A stretch of 64,000 bases of DNA from Eledone cirrhosa. Lineage: Eukaryota. Below the pieces are notes generated by a model. That model saw only the letters and a program-made list of their open reading frames with translations, did not search any database and had not been told where the DNA came from. Below are positions 63,707 to 64,000 of this stretch, in pieces (position 1 is the first letter of the stretch; the number at the start of each line of letters is the position of its first letter). The translations under genes and the position numbers were made by a program. Location of the stretch: contig OZ024740.1 of assembly GCA_964016885.1 (NCBI GenBank), forward strand, positions 6,448,001 to 6,512,000, read 5' to 3'.

Positions 63707-64000
63707 CATGGTCACCCGGATAGTAAACCAAGTCATACAGAATGGGGTTGTTCCGAAGGACTGGCGTAGCAGCATCATCATTAACTGCTACAAGGGTAAA
63801 GAAGACGCCCTAGATAGGAGTAACTATAGAGGCAATAAATTAATCGACCAGGTCATGAAGGTCACGGAAAAAGTAGTAGCGCAACTAATCAGAGAGAGAA
63901 TCGATCTAGATGAAATGCAGTTCGGGTTTGTGTCAGGCAAAAGTACCACAGACGCTCTTTTCATTGTACGACAACTACAGGAGAGTACCTAGCTAAAAGT
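63706..64000 (+). mobile_element. RTE RT fragment running off the window
   Basis: VPKDWRSSIIINCYKGK, NYRG.KLIDQVMK, QFGFVSGKSTTDALF. Confidence 0.9.

Overview
Eukaryotic, AT- and microsatellite-rich animal DNA. The repeat families look cephalopod (Octopus-like); this is an inference from recalled repeat motifs, not a database result. I can support no intact host protein-coding gene. The window is a graveyard of decayed retroelements: several RTE-clade LINE families, CR1-like 3' ends, an L1/Tx1-like element, an R4/Dong-like RLE element, tRNA-derived SINEs and a hAT-like MITE. About half of it is tandem repeat. Three arrays are demonstrably amplified pieces of retroelements: a ~20.7 kb 48-bp satellite from an RTE 3'UTR, a 19x61-bp array from a CR1 ORF2 end, and a ~6.6 kb 45-bp satellite from a SINE 5' head. 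The most notable signal is a small non-coding element at 43473-44279. It has a 466-bp period, a motif-complete minimal type I hammerhead ribozyme on the minus strand (43764-43808), a partial tandem duplication and a terminal inversion, i.e. a Penelope-mobilised retrozyme-like architecture. Two further hammerhead-like remnants lie within 4 kb. The long ORFs inside the arrays are most likely by-products of repeat periodicity.
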